A DNA stretch of 64,000 nucleotides from Patescibacteria group bacterium (GTDB lineage Bacteria > Patescibacteriota > Minisyncoccia > UBA6257 > Colwellbacteraceae), in the NCBI GenBank assembly GCA_023380475.1, contig JAMCRD010000006.1, forward strand, positions 117,996 to 181,995, written 5' to 3'. The number at the start of each line of letters is the position of its first letter. The stretch's first letter is position 1. A program made the translations under genes and the position numbers. Below, piece after piece: positions 1 through 8,778 of this stretch. A model generated the notes under the pieces. The model saw only the letters and a list, made by a program, of their open reading frames with translations, did not search any database and was not told the origin of the DNA.

Positions 1-79
1 CGATTGAAGCGCTGCGCTACGAGTAGTCTGATCTGAGCAATCGGCTGGCGGCCGTGATATATTATTCAGTAAGCTCTGC

Positions 80-1756
80 ATGACGCTTTTCACTGAAATA
101 GCTTTGTCGATAATAATCGCTGCGGCTCTGGGGATAATCGCCCATCTTCTAAAGCAGCCTGCCTTGATAGGTTTCATCGCCGCTGGCCTGATTGTCGGCA
201 GTATTACCCATCTGATCAATATCGATACCAATGTGATCGACAGCTTGTCATCATTGGGAGTGGCGCTACTTCTATTTATTGTCGGCTTGGACCTTGATCT
301 GCGGGAGCTCAAGAACGTAGGAATACACGTTATTATCATCGGTATCGGGCAGGTGCTAGTAACTTTCGGCATCGGCTTTTTACTCAGCCGCGTCCTGGGG
401 TTTGCTGTATTGCCTTCGGTCTACATATCAGCTGCTCTGACCTTCTCCTCGACCATCATCGTCGTTAAGCTTTTGTCGGAGAAGAAGGAGCTAAAGAGTC
501 TCTATGGCCGGATAGTGGTCGGAGTGCTTATTATCCAGGATTTCGTGGCTATGCTGGCCTTGCTTGTCCTATCTTCTGGATTGGCCAACCAGGGATTGGG
601 TCTGATCTCTCTAGGGTTGAGTTTGGCCAAGGGGATAGTTTTGGCTGTGATCTTGATCCTGCTGTCAAAATATCTGCCACGGCTCCTGGACCTCGTCGGT
701 CATTCCCAAGAGTTATTGTATTTATTCAGCATCGCTTGGGCGTTAGGGGTGTCACTACTGGCCGCTTCCCCTTATATCGGACTTTCAGTTGAGGTGGGGG
801 GACTGCTAGCCGGGCTAACCTTAGCCAATTCCGCCGAGCATTTTCAGATCAGCAGTCGGCTGTCTCCTTTGAGAGACTTCTTCGTAATGGTTTTCTTCTT
901 TGGGTTGGGTACGAAAATGGTTATCAGCGCTGGCGCTATTGCCTTGAAACCACTGATCATTTTTGTGCTATTTGTGATGGTGTTCGATCCGCTCATCGTT
1001 TACATCATCATGACCGTCTTGGGCTATCGCTCCCGCACCTCTTTCATGGCCGGTATAACTATGTCTCAGATCTCCGAGTTTAGCCTGGTACTGGTAACGT
1101 TGGGGGCTGAGTTGGGGCACATTACTGCAGCCGAGGGATCACTGGTCATCATCGTCGGCGTGATTACGATGTTCTGTTCGTCTTATCTGATAAGCTACAG
1201 CGATAAGCTTTACGAGTTGCTGAAGCCAGTCTTAAAACTGACGGAGCGCAAGATGGCTCGGCCGGAGGAGACCACACCGCAGGAAAAATTTATGAATCAC
1301 GTTATCTTGATAGGCGCGCACAGGATGGGGCGGACCATCTTGAGAGCGCTAGAATCTTCAGGGGGCAGGGTAGTCACGATCGACTTCGATCCGGTGGTAG
1401 TCAATAGGCTCAGAGCCGAAGGTAAGACGGTGATCTATGGCGACATAACCGACCCGGAGATTCAAGAAGTAGCTGAACTAAAGAAGGCCAGAGTGGTTAT
1501 CTCTACCGCTCCCGATCTTCGCGACAATGAGGCTATTTTGAACGCGGTACGCCGAGAGAATTCTTCAGCCAGAGTGATTCTGACGGCGGACGACGAAAAC
1601 TCGGGGCGCAAGCTTTATTCTATGGGAGCTGACTACGTCATAATGCCGCACCTGATCGGTGGCGAAGAGCTGGCCAGATTTATATTGCGAGATCGTAATT
1701 TTGAGAAGCTGGAGGAAATAAAGCAGCACCACCTCAATTTCTTAGGAAATCTGTAA
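80..1756 (+). CDS. Monovalent cation:proton antiporter (CPA2/Kef-like) with C-terminal RCK/TrkA-N regulatory domain
   Basis: About 12 predicted TM helices in the N-terminal 380 aa; C-terminal Rossmann-like block HVILIGAHRMGRTILRALE...VTIDFDP typical of the TrkA-N/RCK domain. Confidence 0.8.
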   Translation: MTLFTEIALSIIIAAALGIIAHLLKQPALIGFIAAGLIVGSITHLINIDTNVIDSLSSLGVALLLFIVGLDLDLRELKNVGIHVIIIGIGQVLVTFGIGFLLSRVLGFAVLPSVYISAALTFSSTIIVVKLLSEKKELKSLYGRIVVGVLIIQDFVAMLALLVLSSGLANQGLGLISLGLSLAKGIVLAVILILLSKYLPRLLDLVGHSQELLYLFSIAWALGVSLLAASPYIGLSVEVGGLLAGLTLANSAEHFQISSRLSPLRDFFVMVFFFGLGTKMVISAGAIALKPLIIFVLFVMVFDPLIVYIIMTVLGYRSRTSFMAGITMSQISEFSLVLVTLGAELGHITAAEGSLVIIVGVITMFCSSYLISYSDKLYELLKPVLKLTERKMARPEETTPQEKFMNHVILIGAHRMGRTILRALESSGGRVVTIDFDPVVVNRLRAEGKTVIYGDITDPEIQEVAELKKARVVISTAPDLRDNEAILNAVRRENSSARVILTADDENSGRKLYSMGADYVIMPHLIGGEELARFILRDRNFEKLEEIKQHHLNFLGNL

Positions 1757-1777
1757 TAGCGGCCGCAAGTCAGTGCT

Positions 1778-2401
1778 CTAGAATAGTTTTTCCTGTTTCA
1801 GATGTTTATCGGCGGCGGTTAGCTCGGCTGGCTTTTCAGCCAATAGATCGGCCAACTTACGGCGTACCGTGGGCAAAGTGCCGAACTTTTTACGTAGTTC
1901 TTCCAGAACTGCGGTTGATCTCAAGGCTGCCGCGGGGTGATATAGCGGAAATATTATCCAGTCGCCCTTCCTGAAGACTCTACCTTGATCACGCGATATC
2001 TTTGCGTCCGGCAGGAAAATATTCATTGAGAATCTCCCTAAGGGAACGATCAGTTTAGGATTGATAATGTCGATCTGCTTCTTGAGGTAAGGATAATAAG
2101 CTGTCACTTCCTCGGGGAGCGGATCGCGGTTCTCGGGTGGGCGGCGTTTAACGATGTTGGTTATGTAAACACTGCTGCGTTTCCAGTCTATCTCCTTAAG
2201 TAACTCATCCAACAGCTGTCCAGCTCGACCGACAAATGGCCGGCCTTGCTGGTTTTCATAAAAACCGGGCGCTTCTCCGATAAATATAACTTCCGCGTTG
2301 GGGTCACCTTCTCCGAATACCAAGTTGGATTCGATAAGCGGCAAAGATTTGTCGGCAGCGATCTCTCTTTTTAATTCTTCGAGGGCGGCAGCTTTGTTCA
2401 T
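1778..2401 (-). CDS. Uracil-DNA glycosylase, family 4-like (cysteine-free variant)
   Basis: Motif FIGEAPGFYENQQGRPFVGRAGQLL (the GEAPG...GRPFVGRAG signature of family 4/5 UDG); no Cys residues, so no Fe-S cluster. Confidence 0.75.
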   Translation of the reverse strand: MNKAAALEELKREIAADKSLPLIESNLVFGEGDPNAEVIFIGEAPGFYENQQGRPFVGRAGQLLDELLKEIDWKRSSVYITNIVKRRPPENRDPLPEEVTAYYPYLKKQIDIINPKLIVPLGRFSMNIFLPDAKISRDQGRVFRKGDWIIFPLYHPAAALRSTAVLEELRKKFGTLPTVRRKLADLLAEKPAELTAADKHLKQEKLF

Positions 2402-2823
2402 TGGTAGGATTATTTTACACCCAAAGTGCCTCGGGTTACGCGATGCAGCAAGTGCGCTATAATCTAATCATGATCGGCGTGCTCTATGTGGCTACACGCT
2501 TTTTGAATCGAATAGTCCAGTTTATCCGCGATTGGTATGTGGGCGGCTTTAATGCACTAGTCCATCGAGCCTTGCTTATCTTTGGCCGCCTGGACAGATT
2601 TTTGGCCCTTAGGGTTACCTTGCATCACATGTTTGAACCCCTCTATCAGGATCGATCAGTGCTCGGGCGCATTCTGGGTTTAATCTTCCGTAGCGTTCGG
2701 GTGGTTGTGGCTTTGCTTATCTACGGTGTCATTGCCCTCGTCTTTCTCGCGATATACGTCGCTTGGGCAGCCATACCGCTATTATTAATTTATTTCTTGT
2801 TTGCTGACTATGGAATCACCTAA
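2401..2823 (+). CDS. Hypothetical small membrane protein
   Basis: 140-aa ORF with 2-3 hydrophobic helices; overlaps the start of the downstream Clp ATPase gene by 23 nt; no recognisable motifs. Confidence 0.3.
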   Translation: MVGLFYTQSASGYAMQQVRYNLIMIGVLYVATRFLNRIVQFIRDWYVGGFNALVHRALLIFGRLDRFLALRVTLHHMFEPLYQDRSVLGRILGLIFRSVRVVVALLIYGVIALVFLAIYVAWAAIPLLLIYFLFADYGIT

Positions 2824-5308
2824 TTTTTATTTTGAAGACCCGAGGCTGAATATGTCCCTGCCCGCCAGGACGATCATTAACATCGTCATGTGGGTATGGA
2901 CGGTTGTGCTCGTTACGAGTACGGCCATATTCCTACTGTCCGGCGTTGCCTGGATGAGGGCGCTTGGCTTGCTGCTGGTGCTTTATCTGGCTGATCGTTT
3001 CATCCGCCGCAACCGTTCGAACAAGCCCCTGCGCAAGATACCCAAAGATGGGGATATAAACCTAGCAGACTACATGAGTCCGCAGGCGGTAAATTTGATG
3101 CTTTCTGCCTTTAGCCGAGCTCAGGTTTTCGGCGGCCACCCTTATCTGCATCTGGCCAAAGATCTGCTGGTAAGAAGCGAGGTGGACGAAGCGTTGCGCC
3201 GGCTGGATGTTTCCCGCGACGAACTGGGGGCAAAACTGGTCGAGCATCTGAATAAGAGTTTGCCAGTCAAATATAACCGCGAGCAGATAGCTAAATTGGC
3301 CAAGAAACTCACCTTAGCAGCAGCGCTCCAGGCCTCGAATGGGCAGACTGATGAGATAAATCCAGCCGACCTGTTTGCCGGCATATCGGCGGTGGGTGAG
3401 TTGGAAACAGCCAAAGTCTTCGACCTTTTCCAAATTGCCTCAGGCGATCTGGAAAAGGCTCTTATCTTTGGCCGCTTCAAATCCTCCCTGCGTTTTACCC
3501 GCCTACCCTCGAGCCTGGGAGGCTTTGCTAGGAGGGCCTATCGCACGAAGCACCGCTTTATGAACCGAGCTTGGACGGCCCGGCCCACGCCAGCCTTGGA
3601 TAGGGTCAGTTCTGATCTGACGGATATGGCGAGAGCCGCGAAGGTCGGTTTTATGATCGGGCACCACAAAGAATATGAAAGACTAGTCAATATCATTTCC
3701 CGCCCGGACAAGCCCAACGCGCTCTTGATCGGTGACCCAGGTGTCGGGAAAGCAACCGTAATCGACCATTTGGCGTACATGATCAATAGAGACGAAGTTC
3801 CACCGCCCTTGTTCGACAAGCGGTTGGTTGCTCTCGATATGAACGCCTTGCTGGCCGGAGCCGATCAAGGAGAAATTCAACGGCGGATCAAAGTTATCTT
3901 CAGTGAGATAGCGTCAGCCGGCAACATTATTTTGTACATACCGGATATACATAATCTCTCGCGCACTTCGCCTTCACGGGAGCTTTCGGCGGCCAATACC
4001 CTGCTGCCGCTCGTGGTTTCTAACGACTTCCCGACGATAGGCACGACTTACCCAAAGGAATACAAGCAGTTCATCGAGACAGACAGTGTTTTCGCCAGCT
4101 CTTTCCAGGAAATACAGATGGACGAGGTGAGTGAGGACGAGGCCGAGCGCATCATGGTCTACGACAGTGTGATTCTGGAAAAGATTTACAAGGTTAGGAT
4201 AACCTATGCTGCTATCAAGAACGCCGTGCAGCTGGCTAGAAGATACTTCCGCGAAAAACTTCTCCCTTCCTCGGCCGATGATCTGCTTAAAGAAGCTTTG
4301 ACAGAAGCCAATCGCAGCGGCGAGAAGTCGATCGGCAGCGATGATATAGCCCGCGTGGCGGAGAGGCGGGCTAGGGTGCCGATCCATAAGGCCGGTAATC
4401 TAGAGCGGGAGCAGCTGTTGCATCTCGAGGACATAATTCACGAGCAATTTATTGACCAGGAAGTCGCTGTTAAATCGGTGTCGCGGGCCCTACGCGAATA
4501 TCGCAGCGGCTTGGTGCGGAGAGGCGGTCCCATAAACTCATTCTTATTCGTCGGACCGACCGGGGTCGGTAAAACGGAGTTGTCCAAGATACTGGCCCGG
4601 GTTCAGTTCGGCTCAGAAAGTGCGATGATCCGCTTCGATATGTCCGAGTATCAGGATAAAGGTAGCGCCATGCGTTTGATTGGTTCGCCCGACGGCGCGG
4701 TAGCCGGCCTTTTGACCGACGCGGTCATCGAGCATCCTTACAGCTTGGTTTTGTTGGATGAATTTGAGAAAGCCAATCCGGACATTCTCAACTTGTTCCT
4801 GCAGGTTTTTGACGACGGGCGACTTACCGACAACTTGGGGCGGACGGTGAGTTTCGAGAACACGATGATCATCGCCACTTCCAACGCCCACTCCGAGTTT
4901 ATTAAAGACGAATTGGCCCAAGGCAAGAGCATGGAAGAAATAAGCAGCACCTTCAAGAGCAAACTGACCGACGTTTTCCACCCCGAGCTCTTAAACCGTA
5001 TGACAGTCATCGTCTTCCGTAACCTCGGTCCAGCAGATATAGCCAATATTGCCAAGTTTCAAATCGACGAACTGCGCAATACTCTCAAGAATGAGAAGGG
5101 TATAGAACTCAACGTGCCGACGGCGACCCTGACTAAGCTGGCAGAATGGGGTTACGATCCAGTTTTCGGAGCCAGGCCTCTCCGAGAGGTCATATCTGAG
5201 AAACTTCGCGGGCCTCTCTCAGAAATGATTCTGTCGACGGCCGTCGAAAGGGGAGCGGTGATAACAGCTGTGGTAGAGGGAGATAAAATCGGGCTAGATA
5301 TGAAATAG
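2801..5308 (+). CDS. Membrane-anchored Clp/Hsp100-family AAA+ ATPase (ClpC/ClpB-like, two nucleotide-binding domains)
   Basis: Two N-terminal TM helices, then Clp_N-like repeats. NBD1 Walker A is GDPGVGKAT and NBD2 Walker A is GPTGVGKTE. NBD2 Walker B is LVLLDEFEKA. C-terminal sensor-2 is GARPLRE. NBD1 Walker B reads ILYIPDIH, i.e. D but no catalytic E. Confidence 0.8.
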   Translation: MLTMESPNFYFEDPRLNMSLPARTIINIVMWVWTVVLVTSTAIFLLSGVAWMRALGLLLVLYLADRFIRRNRSNKPLRKIPKDGDINLADYMSPQAVNLMLSAFSRAQVFGGHPYLHLAKDLLVRSEVDEALRRLDVSRDELGAKLVEHLNKSLPVKYNREQIAKLAKKLTLAAALQASNGQTDEINPADLFAGISAVGELETAKVFDLFQIASGDLEKALIFGRFKSSLRFTRLPSSLGGFARRAYRTKHRFMNRAWTARPTPALDRVSSDLTDMARAAKVGFMIGHHKEYERLVNIISRPDKPNALLIGDPGVGKATVIDHLAYMINRDEVPPPLFDKRLVALDMNALLAGADQGEIQRRIKVIFSEIASAGNIILYIPDIHNLSRTSPSRELSAANTLLPLVVSNDFPTIGTTYPKEYKQFIETDSVFASSFQEIQMDEVSEDEAERIMVYDSVILEKIYKVRITYAAIKNAVQLARRYFREKLLPSSADDLLKEALTEANRSGEKSIGSDDIARVAERRARVPIHKAGNLEREQLLHLEDIIHEQFIDQEVAVKSVSRALREYRSGLVRRGGPINSFLFVGPTGVGKTELSKILARVQFGSESAMIRFDMSEYQDKGSAMRLIGSPDGAVAGLLTDAVIEHPYSLVLLDEFEKANPDILNLFLQVFDDGRLTDNLGRTVSFENTMIIATSNAHSEFIKDELAQGKSMEEISSTFKSKLTDVFHPELLNRMTVIVFRNLGPADIANIAKFQIDELRNTLKNEKGIELNVPTATLTKLAEWGYDPVFGARPLREVISEKLRGPLSEMILSTAVERGAVITAVVEGDKIGLDMK

Positions 5309-5316
5309 AGCGGGAA

Positions 5317-7047
5317 ATGAGGAATGAGGAGATCGCCAAAACGCTTGCGGCCATCGGAAGTTTCCTGGAGATGGACGAGGTGGCATTTAAGCCCAGGGCT
5401 TATGCTCGCGCTGCCGAGGCCATCTCCAATCTAGAGGAAGAAACATCGGAGATATATAAAAAAGGAGGTATAAAGGCGCTCGAGGAAATACCGGGAGTGG
5501 GTGCATCGATAGCTGAAAAAATTGAAGAGCTCTTAAAGACAGGCAAGCTGCAGTATTACGAGGATTTAAAGAAGAAGCATCCCATAAACGTGGCCGAGCT
5601 GTCGAGCATCGAGGGCCTCGGCCCGAAGACGATGCAGCTCTTATATAAGAAGCTGGGTGTAAAGAATTTGGCCGGGCTTGAGAAGGCCGTAAAAGACGGC
5701 AAGATTCGTAAGTTGCCCCGATTTGGGCAGAAATCGGAGGAGAAGATAGAAAAAGGTATTGAGGCTTACCACCGGCACTCCGGCCGCTTCCCCATCGGCG
5801 AAGTGGCGGGCCTAGCTGAATCGATCAAGGATATGCTCTGGAAAGTTCCTGGCGTATCCAGGGTAGATATCGCCGGATCGTTTAGGCGTCGTAAAGAAAC
5901 GGTTGGGGATCTGGACATGTTGGTTATATCAACGCGCCCCAAGGCGGTCATGGATGCGTTTATATCGCAGCCGGACGTGATCGAAGTAATCGCTCACGGC
6001 AATACCAAGTCTTCGGTGAGACTGAAGATCGGCATAGATGTCGATCTGCGTGTTGTTAATGCCGAGTCCTATGGGGCAGCACTGGCATACTTTACTGGTT
6101 CGAAACCGCACAATGTGGCCATGCGCCAGATGGCCCAAGATAAGGGGTGGAAACTTAACGAGTACGGTTTGTTCCGCAAGAGCGGGAAGGGGTGGATTGG
6201 TCTGGCCGGAAAGACGGAAGAGGAAATCTACGAAAAGCTCGGCTTGGAGTATGTACCGCCGGAGATGCGCGAAGACCTAGGTGAGCTGGATTTGGCGGCA
6301 GTGCACAAGCTGCCCCGCCTCATAGGCTACAAGGATCTGGTGGGCGACTTGCAGGTTCAATCCAACTGGACCGACGGCGCTAACTCGATCGAGGAAATGG
6401 CTCTGGCCGCTGAAAAAATGGGTTATAAGTATGTAGCTATAACCGATCATACCAAGCGGCTGGCTATGGCCCACGGCTTAGATGAAGCCGGGCTGGCGAA
6501 GCAGGGGGTAGAGATAGATCGAGTTAACAAGAAGTTGAAGGGTCGCATTAAAGTGCTGAAGGGGACGGAATGCGACGTTTTGAAAGATGGAACGTTGGAT
6601 ATATCCGACAAGACTCTGGCAAAGCTGGATATCGTCGGCGTTTCCATCCATTCCTACTTTGACTTGCCGCTTAAAGAACAGACAGCGCGACTCGAGAGAG
6701 CGATGCGCAACCCGAACGCCGATATAGTTTTTCATCCTACCTGCCGATTGATAAATAAACGCGAGCCAATCAGCATCGACATGGACAGAGTCATTAAAGT
6801 AGCCAAAGAGACGGGGATGGTTCTCGAGATAGACGGCATACCAGACAGACTGGACCTCAAGGACGAGTATATAAGAAAAGCTGTCGAGGTGGGGGTAAAA
6901 CTGTCGGTCGATTCCGACGCTCATGCTATCGCCCACTTGCCGTTTGCGAGCTACGGCTTGGCTCAAGCTCGCCGCGGCTGGGCCAAGCGCAGCGATATTG
7001 TGAATACTTGGCCGCTCGAGAGGATGAAGAAAATGTTAAAATCGTAA
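5317..7047 (+). CDS. polX: DNA polymerase X family protein with C-terminal PHP phosphoesterase domain
   Basis: N-terminal helix-hairpin-helix motifs (GVGASIAEKI, GLGPKTMQLL), Pol-beta-like nucleotidyltransferase core (GSFRRRKETVGDLDMLV), C-terminal PHP domain (ITDHT...HSYFD...DSDAH). Confidence 0.85.
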   Translation: MRNEEIAKTLAAIGSFLEMDEVAFKPRAYARAAEAISNLEEETSEIYKKGGIKALEEIPGVGASIAEKIEELLKTGKLQYYEDLKKKHPINVAELSSIEGLGPKTMQLLYKKLGVKNLAGLEKAVKDGKIRKLPRFGQKSEEKIEKGIEAYHRHSGRFPIGEVAGLAESIKDMLWKVPGVSRVDIAGSFRRRKETVGDLDMLVISTRPKAVMDAFISQPDVIEVIAHGNTKSSVRLKIGIDVDLRVVNAESYGAALAYFTGSKPHNVAMRQMAQDKGWKLNEYGLFRKSGKGWIGLAGKTEEEIYEKLGLEYVPPEMREDLGELDLAAVHKLPRLIGYKDLVGDLQVQSNWTDGANSIEEMALAAEKMGYKYVAITDHTKRLAMAHGLDEAGLAKQGVEIDRVNKKLKGRIKVLKGTECDVLKDGTLDISDKTLAKLDIVGVSIHSYFDLPLKEQTARLERAMRNPNADIVFHPTCRLINKREPISIDMDRVIKVAKETGMVLEIDGIPDRLDLKDEYIRKAVEVGVKLSVDSDAHAIAHLPFASYGLAQARRGWAKRSDIVNTWPLERMKKMLKS

Positions 7048-7049
7048 CT

Positions 7050-7559
7050 ATGCAGCAAGCGGTTAGTCATGAAGTATCAGCGGGTATAGTGGTCTACCGT
7101 CGCACCAACGAAGGCCCCAAATTTTTACTGCTCTACCACGGCGGCCGCTACTGGAACTTCCCAAAAGGACATATCGAGCCGCTAAAGACCGAAGGCGGAA
7201 ATACCACTCCGCTTATGGAAACGAGTTTCAGGGCCGCCGTACGCGAGACGTGTGAGGAAACCGGCCTCAAGGAGAGCGATCTTAGGTTCAGGCGCGGCTT
7301 TAAAGCTTACGAGCGCTACCTTTTTAACAAGGGCAAAACACGGGTATCTAAAACGGTAATTTTCTATCTAGCCGAGACCAGAGAAAGGCAGGTAAAGATA
7401 TCAGAGGAACACGAAGGGTTTGGCTGGTTTAAATATCGGGACGCCCTGCGGCTGTTAAATTCCTACCGCGAAAACGAGGCGGTGATAAAACGCGCTCACA
7501 ATTTTATATCCCATCCTAGGCCGGTGCCTAGCTCTTCAGAGACGCAACGATCTTCTTGA
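7050..7559 (+). CDS. NUDIX hydrolase
   Basis: Nudix box GHIEPLKTEGGNTTPLMETSFRAAVRETCEETGL (Gx5Ex7REUxEExGU). The track ORF begins at 7008 inside polX, so the start is placed at the first ATG after the polX stop. Confidence 0.8.
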   Translation: MQQAVSHEVSAGIVVYRRTNEGPKFLLLYHGGRYWNFPKGHIEPLKTEGGNTTPLMETSFRAAVRETCEETGLKESDLRFRRGFKAYERYLFNKGKTRVSKTVIFYLAETRERQVKISEEHEGFGWFKYRDALRLLNSYRENEAVIKRAHNFISHPRPVPSSSETQRSS

Positions 7560-7875
7560 AGACAGCTGGTTCGTTTTCAGCTATATTGGCCAGCACCTTG
7601 CGGTCAAGCTTTATATTATTGGCCTTGAGGGTATGGATTAGTTCGCTGTAGCGGACACCTTCACCCCGGGCGGCGGCGTTTATCTTGGCCTGCCATGCCG
7701 TACGGTTAACCCTCTTCTCTTCTTTACGTCCCCGGAAAGAGTGTGACCAAGCGTGGAGCAGAGCTTCCTTAGCGGCACGCTCTTTGGATTTACGGCTCCA
7801 CCTGAAACCCTTGGTGTATTTCAAGATCTTGCGGCGCTTCTTAGCTGCTATTTTCCCTCTTTTTACTCGTGCCAT
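7528..7875 (-). CDS. rplT: 50S ribosomal protein L20
   Basis: MARVKRGKIAAKKRRKILKYTKGFRWSRKS... canonical L20 sequence; last gene of the infC-rpmI-rplT operon. Confidence 0.95.
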   Translation of the reverse strand: MARVKRGKIAAKKRRKILKYTKGFRWSRKSKERAAKEALLHAWSHSFRGRKEEKRVNRTAWQAKINAAARGEGVRYSELIHTLKANNIKLDRKVLANIAENEPAVFKKIVASLKS

Positions 7876-8058
7876 TTATCCTAGATATTTCTTGGCGATT
7901 TTCTTGGAATCTGTAGAGATAAGGATTTTGTTTTTCCGCTTGTGGCGTATCCGGCCCTCGTTCTTGTTCGCCCGCGAATGTCCCAGTCCCATCGGCCGTC
8001 GTAGAATCTTGCCATTCTTGGTTACGCGGAATCGATCTGTTATAGCCCGTTTGGTCAT
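7876..8058 (-). CDS. rpmI: 50S ribosomal protein L35
   Basis: 60-aa basic protein MTKRAITDRFRVTKNGKILRRPMGLGHSRANK..., positioned between infC and rplT. Confidence 0.9.
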   Translation of the reverse strand: MTKRAITDRFRVTKNGKILRRPMGLGHSRANKNEGRIRHKRKNKILISTDSKKIAKKYLG

Positions 8059-8118
8059 ATCAGCAACTTTTAGTATCTAAGTACAGTAGCGATGATACCG
8101 TATAATAGATTTTTTGTC

Positions 8119-8174
8119 GAGACACCTCTCGTCTGGGAAAACACCTCTATTGCGAGAGGTGTTTTTGTTTTTTG
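8119..8174 (-). promoter_or_regulatory. Structured infC-rpmI intergenic leader (candidate L20 translational operator and/or attenuator)
   Basis: On the minus strand the hairpin CACCUCUCGCAAUAGAGGUG is followed by UUUUCCC and then by a second CGAGAGGUG copy that can alternatively pair with the first arm (pseudoknot or alternative-helix potential). Confidence 0.35.
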
Positions 8175-8187
8175 TAGACCAGCTGTT

Positions 8188-8697
8188 TTACTTACTCAAT
8201 TGTATAAGCAGGCCGTGCGCTCCTCTCTGGGCACTTTGAGTGACTTTATAGGGAGTAGAAATAAGTTTCAGGAAGGCGTCTAACTTCTCCCTAGCAAACC
8301 CTTCCATGGATTTCTCTCTGCCTCGCATGGTCAATTGGATTTCTATCTTGTGACCCTCGTTTAGGAATTCGTCTATCTTCTTAGCCTTACGGGCCATATC
8401 ATTCACAGCTTCGCGGACGCTAACCTGAACCTGCTTCATCTCCAGGGTTCTGGTGGCTGCCTTTTGTTTTTTGAGCTCTTTAGACTTCTCGTAGCGGAAT
8501 TTATCAAAGTTAACTACCCTCGCCACTGGCGGGGTAGCCTGAGCGGTGATTAAAACCAAGTCCAGCCCCTTCTCTTTGGCTATGCGTATGGCTTCATCAC
8601 GTTCAAGAACGCCAAGGTTGTTACCGGATTCGTCGATCACCCTGAGTTCCTTAGCTCCTATCTGATTGTTGAGGACGAAGTTTTCTATGGTTTCAAT
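8188..8697 (-). CDS. infC: Translation initiation factor IF-3
   Basis: VIDESGNNLGVLERDEAIRIAKEKGLDLVLI... plus conserved C-terminal domain. The track ORF starts at GTG 8640, but the in-frame upstream extension IETIENFVLNNQIGAKELR matches the conserved IF3 N-terminus. The likely non-AUG (AUU/AUA) start is near 8697, exact position uncertain. Confidence 0.85.
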   Translation of the reverse strand: METIENFVLNNQIGAKELRVIDESGNNLGVLERDEAIRIAKEKGLDLVLITAQATPPVARVVNFDKFRYEKSKELKKQKAATRTLEMKQVQVSVREAVNDMARKAKKIDEFLNEGHKIEIQLTMRGREKSMEGFAREKLDAFLKLISTPYKVTQSAQRGAHGLLIQLSK

Positions 8698-8766
8698 ATA
8701 TATGATGCCCGGCCCTAGTGCAACATCTCACAGCGAGGCTGAGCAACCCGTCGGCCGGACGGGCGT

Positions 8767-8772
8767 TATAAT
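8767..8772 (+). promoter_or_regulatory. -10 box TATAAT placed 6 nt upstream of the ATG of the 8779 gene (leaderless-type promoter)
   Basis: gttTATAATagggagATG; no convincing -35. Confidence 0.3.
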
Positions 8773-8778
8773 AGGGAG

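Noticed and set aside
3062-5055. Several antisense or off-frame ORFs (61-137 aa) inside the Clp ATPase gene
   Set aside because: They are fully contained in a strongly supported 835-aa CDS on the opposite strand or in another frame. They have no motifs and show typical shadow-ORF composition.
7685-8080. 131-aa plus-strand ORF overlapping rplT and rpmI
   Set aside because: It is antisense to two canonical ribosomal protein genes and its translation is Arg/Leu/Phe-rich shadow sequence.
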